From positions 248,001-312,000 of the forward strand of contig CAJINV010000014.1 in assembly GCA_905178155.1 (NCBI GenBank): a stretch of 64,000 nucleotides of DNA, given 5' to 3'. The position numbers and the translations under genes are program-made. Positions within the stretch are counted from its first letter, which is position 1; the number at the start of each line of letters is the position of its first letter. Source of the stretch: Amoebophrya sp. A120. Taxonomy: Eukaryota; Protista; Dinoflagellata. This document shows positions 61,731 through 64,000 of the stretch, piece after piece. The notes under the pieces were generated by a model. That model was not told the DNA's origin. It did not search any database and saw only the letters and a list, made by a program, of their open reading frames with translations.

Positions 61731-63190
61731 TTTTGATGTCCCACCCGTATATTTTTTGTTCGGCCACCCTGGCGCTCCAAGCTACCCAAGGTCCTCGTGG
61801 ATGAAGATGTGATACAGGAATTTTTCGCCTGCTCAACAGAGCAGTCTACTACGGTTCTTTGATACTTATTTCAATTTCTAGCAATCAAATGTTGCTATCG
61901 GTACATGTAAAAATTTCCAAAAGACGAAGGGCACGTTATTTATCTCCGACCACCTCACGAATCCGAGTCGGAGACACCTAAGACAATTTTCATCGGAATA
62001 AAGTGTATACTTTTTATTTAAGTTTGTCGCAAGGAAGGGTCGGAGGATCGATCATGCTTCTCGCGCTTGCTACCAGGTAGCGCTTAGAAAAACAACACGA
62101 AAAACGAATATAATGATCTTCACAAAGTTCATGATGCCAGTAAAGAGAGAAAAACCGCCAATATTAGCAAGAATGGGATCGTGATCTTCACCTTTGTCTT
62201 TCGCCGGCTTGCTTCCTCATTGCACCAATATCGACGCAAAATGGATCTCCACTTCCAGTAGTAGAAATCATGGAAACGAGGATCTTCTGCCATGGAGCGC
62301 TGTAATTAACAAAGTGATCGAGACTCCAGCTCATGGGATTATAATAGCGAAGAACGGCGAGGAAGATGAACGAAAATCAAAGACTCTGCTGGGATTGCGC
62401 ATGCTGCCGCTGATCTTGTCACCTAGTAGAAGTCAGTAGGTCGAGACAAATTTCATGTTTCATCGTCTTCCGTTCTGTTGTGTCAAAAACAACTAGGTCA
62501 CGGAGAAGGTCCTTCAAGAGCTCTGTCTTCGATCACCTCCAAAATCGACTGTGCATAGGTCAGAACTAGCGATTGCAGATGGCCTTTGCTGAAATCGCGA
62601 CCACGGGTTTTTGGTCAGCTTCTCCATCTTCTGTCAACTGCAATTCATCTCAACGAGTTTTTCATTTTGGTACAGGTATACAGGACATAAATCGTAAAAG
62701 CAAGTAGAAGTGGTTCAATCAATGTAGTAGTTGCAGTAGCGGAGGTTGTGAGTCCGGCGATACGAGGACTGCAGCTGCAAGAGTAAATTTTCATCTGAAA
62801 TGTTGTCCTCCATTTCGTTCTAGGGCAGGAGCCTCGAGCAAGGTCTACTTCACCTTGCTGTATTTATACTTTGTTGTGTTACTTTAACCCTATATGACCG
62901 CCTCCACTATCTCGTTCGGATTCGGTCTACTGCTCGCTGCTATCGATAGATTAGTATAACAGATTTTGCACAACACCAAGCGTTGCTTTTCTTTGCGTCT
63001 TTGCTATTGAAGATTGGTAAACTATTGCGATTGGTTCGGATTTTGTCTATATGAGGATATTAAACACTGCGTCTCAGATGCATCAGAATCGGTTTGTTCA
63101 GCTTGAAGATGCCTGTCGATTCTATATATCATTCGAGGTTCCATAATTTCATTTTTGTATATTCTTCTTTTGACCACTTGTCTGTAGTCC

Positions 63191-64000
63191 CTATTCCGTG
63201 CCGAAACCGAGCACGTATCGAAAGGAAAAATCCCCCCTCCCCATATCGAAAACGAAATTTGTGATGCTGTATTTTTGTCATGCTAGAAGGCCAAGAGCCG
63301 CAGTCGTGGCCTCGTTTGCAGGCAATTTGTAATGCTGTTTCCCGCTCTCAGCTGCCTCCTATCATGCTGAAGGTGCAAGGCTTCCCCAAGCCACCCAGCA
63401 CTACAGTCCGCATCTTTTCCCGTGTAGCATGACAAAGCTGATTTGTGAAGACAAATCTGCATCACAGATTTCCGCTTTGATATGGGAAGGGGGGATTTTT
63501 CCTTTTGATAGCACGTCTTGCACGAACACTCCCGGCTCCAGGACCTCATCCGCAGCGGATATCAAAATGAAAAATCCCCCCTCCCCATCTCGAAAATGAA
63601 ATCTGTGACGCAGACGCCGGATTTGCGCACGCATTGATTTGTCTTGCGGTAGAGGACTGCACGCAGATCGCAAGCCTAGATAGGGGCCTTTTGGTGTAGG
63701 CGCCTAGCATGATAGACGGCTGCCCTGTAGTTCTTACAGCATTACAAATCGCCTGCGTGGCGTGCTGGCAGAGAGCCTGGATGTGCCTTCTAGCAAGACA
63801 GACAGGATATGTGGTCACAAATCTGCATCACAAATTTTCAGAGGATACGTTTCAATATGGGCAGGGGGGAATTTTCCTTGCAATAGCAGAATTGAGAAAG
63901 TCCTGGTCCCCGGTGAGTGCGTGAAGGCACTGCTGCAATTCCTCGTCGGAGAAGTGCTCGCACGCGCCCACTATCAAATGCAAATATCCCTGGGCCACGT
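63191..64000 (-). CDS. 3' end of a CFAP251/WDR66-like (EF-hand-like tail) gene, partial
   Basis: Spliced tail EHFSDEELQQCLHALTG...DEVLEPGVFVQDVLGFGTE* resembles the WDR66 C-terminus (from memory). Confidence 0.55.
63216..63510. mobile_element. introner, CCCCCTCCCC family
   Basis: TSD GCACG. Confidence 0.92.
63560..63885. mobile_element. introner, CCCCCTCCCC family
   Basis: Flanks GCGGA/GCAGA. Confidence 0.88.

Overview
Eukaryotic nuclear DNA, most likely the parasitic dinoflagellate Amoebophrya (inferred from the co-oriented genes and abundant non-canonical introns with inverted and direct repeats). All host genes are on the minus strand: a dTDP-glucose 4,6-dehydratase-like enzyme, an SGNH-fold membrane protein, a J-domain protein, telomerase reverse transcriptase (TERT), a DUF1764 protein, an FkbM-like methyltransferase, a DUF285/BspA repeat protein, glucosidase II alpha and the 3' end of a CFAP251-like gene. 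About 40 introner/MITE elements interrupt them. Nearly all have TAT...ATA ends and sit between 5-bp direct repeats, and removing the element plus 5 nt restores the reading frame. Main result: an 11.15-kb element (2535-13686) has the same TA termini and 5-bp target-site duplication (TSD). It has split terminal inverted repeats (TIRs) and encodes a spliced ~1,090-aa hAT-like transposase candidate plus a tandem PD-(D/E)XK nuclease, making it a candidate autonomous driver of the introners. A 3.5-kb relative lies at 41661-45169. Second result: glucosidase II alpha carries an inserted calnexin/calreticulin P-domain tip. All gene models were built by hand and lack RNA or database support.
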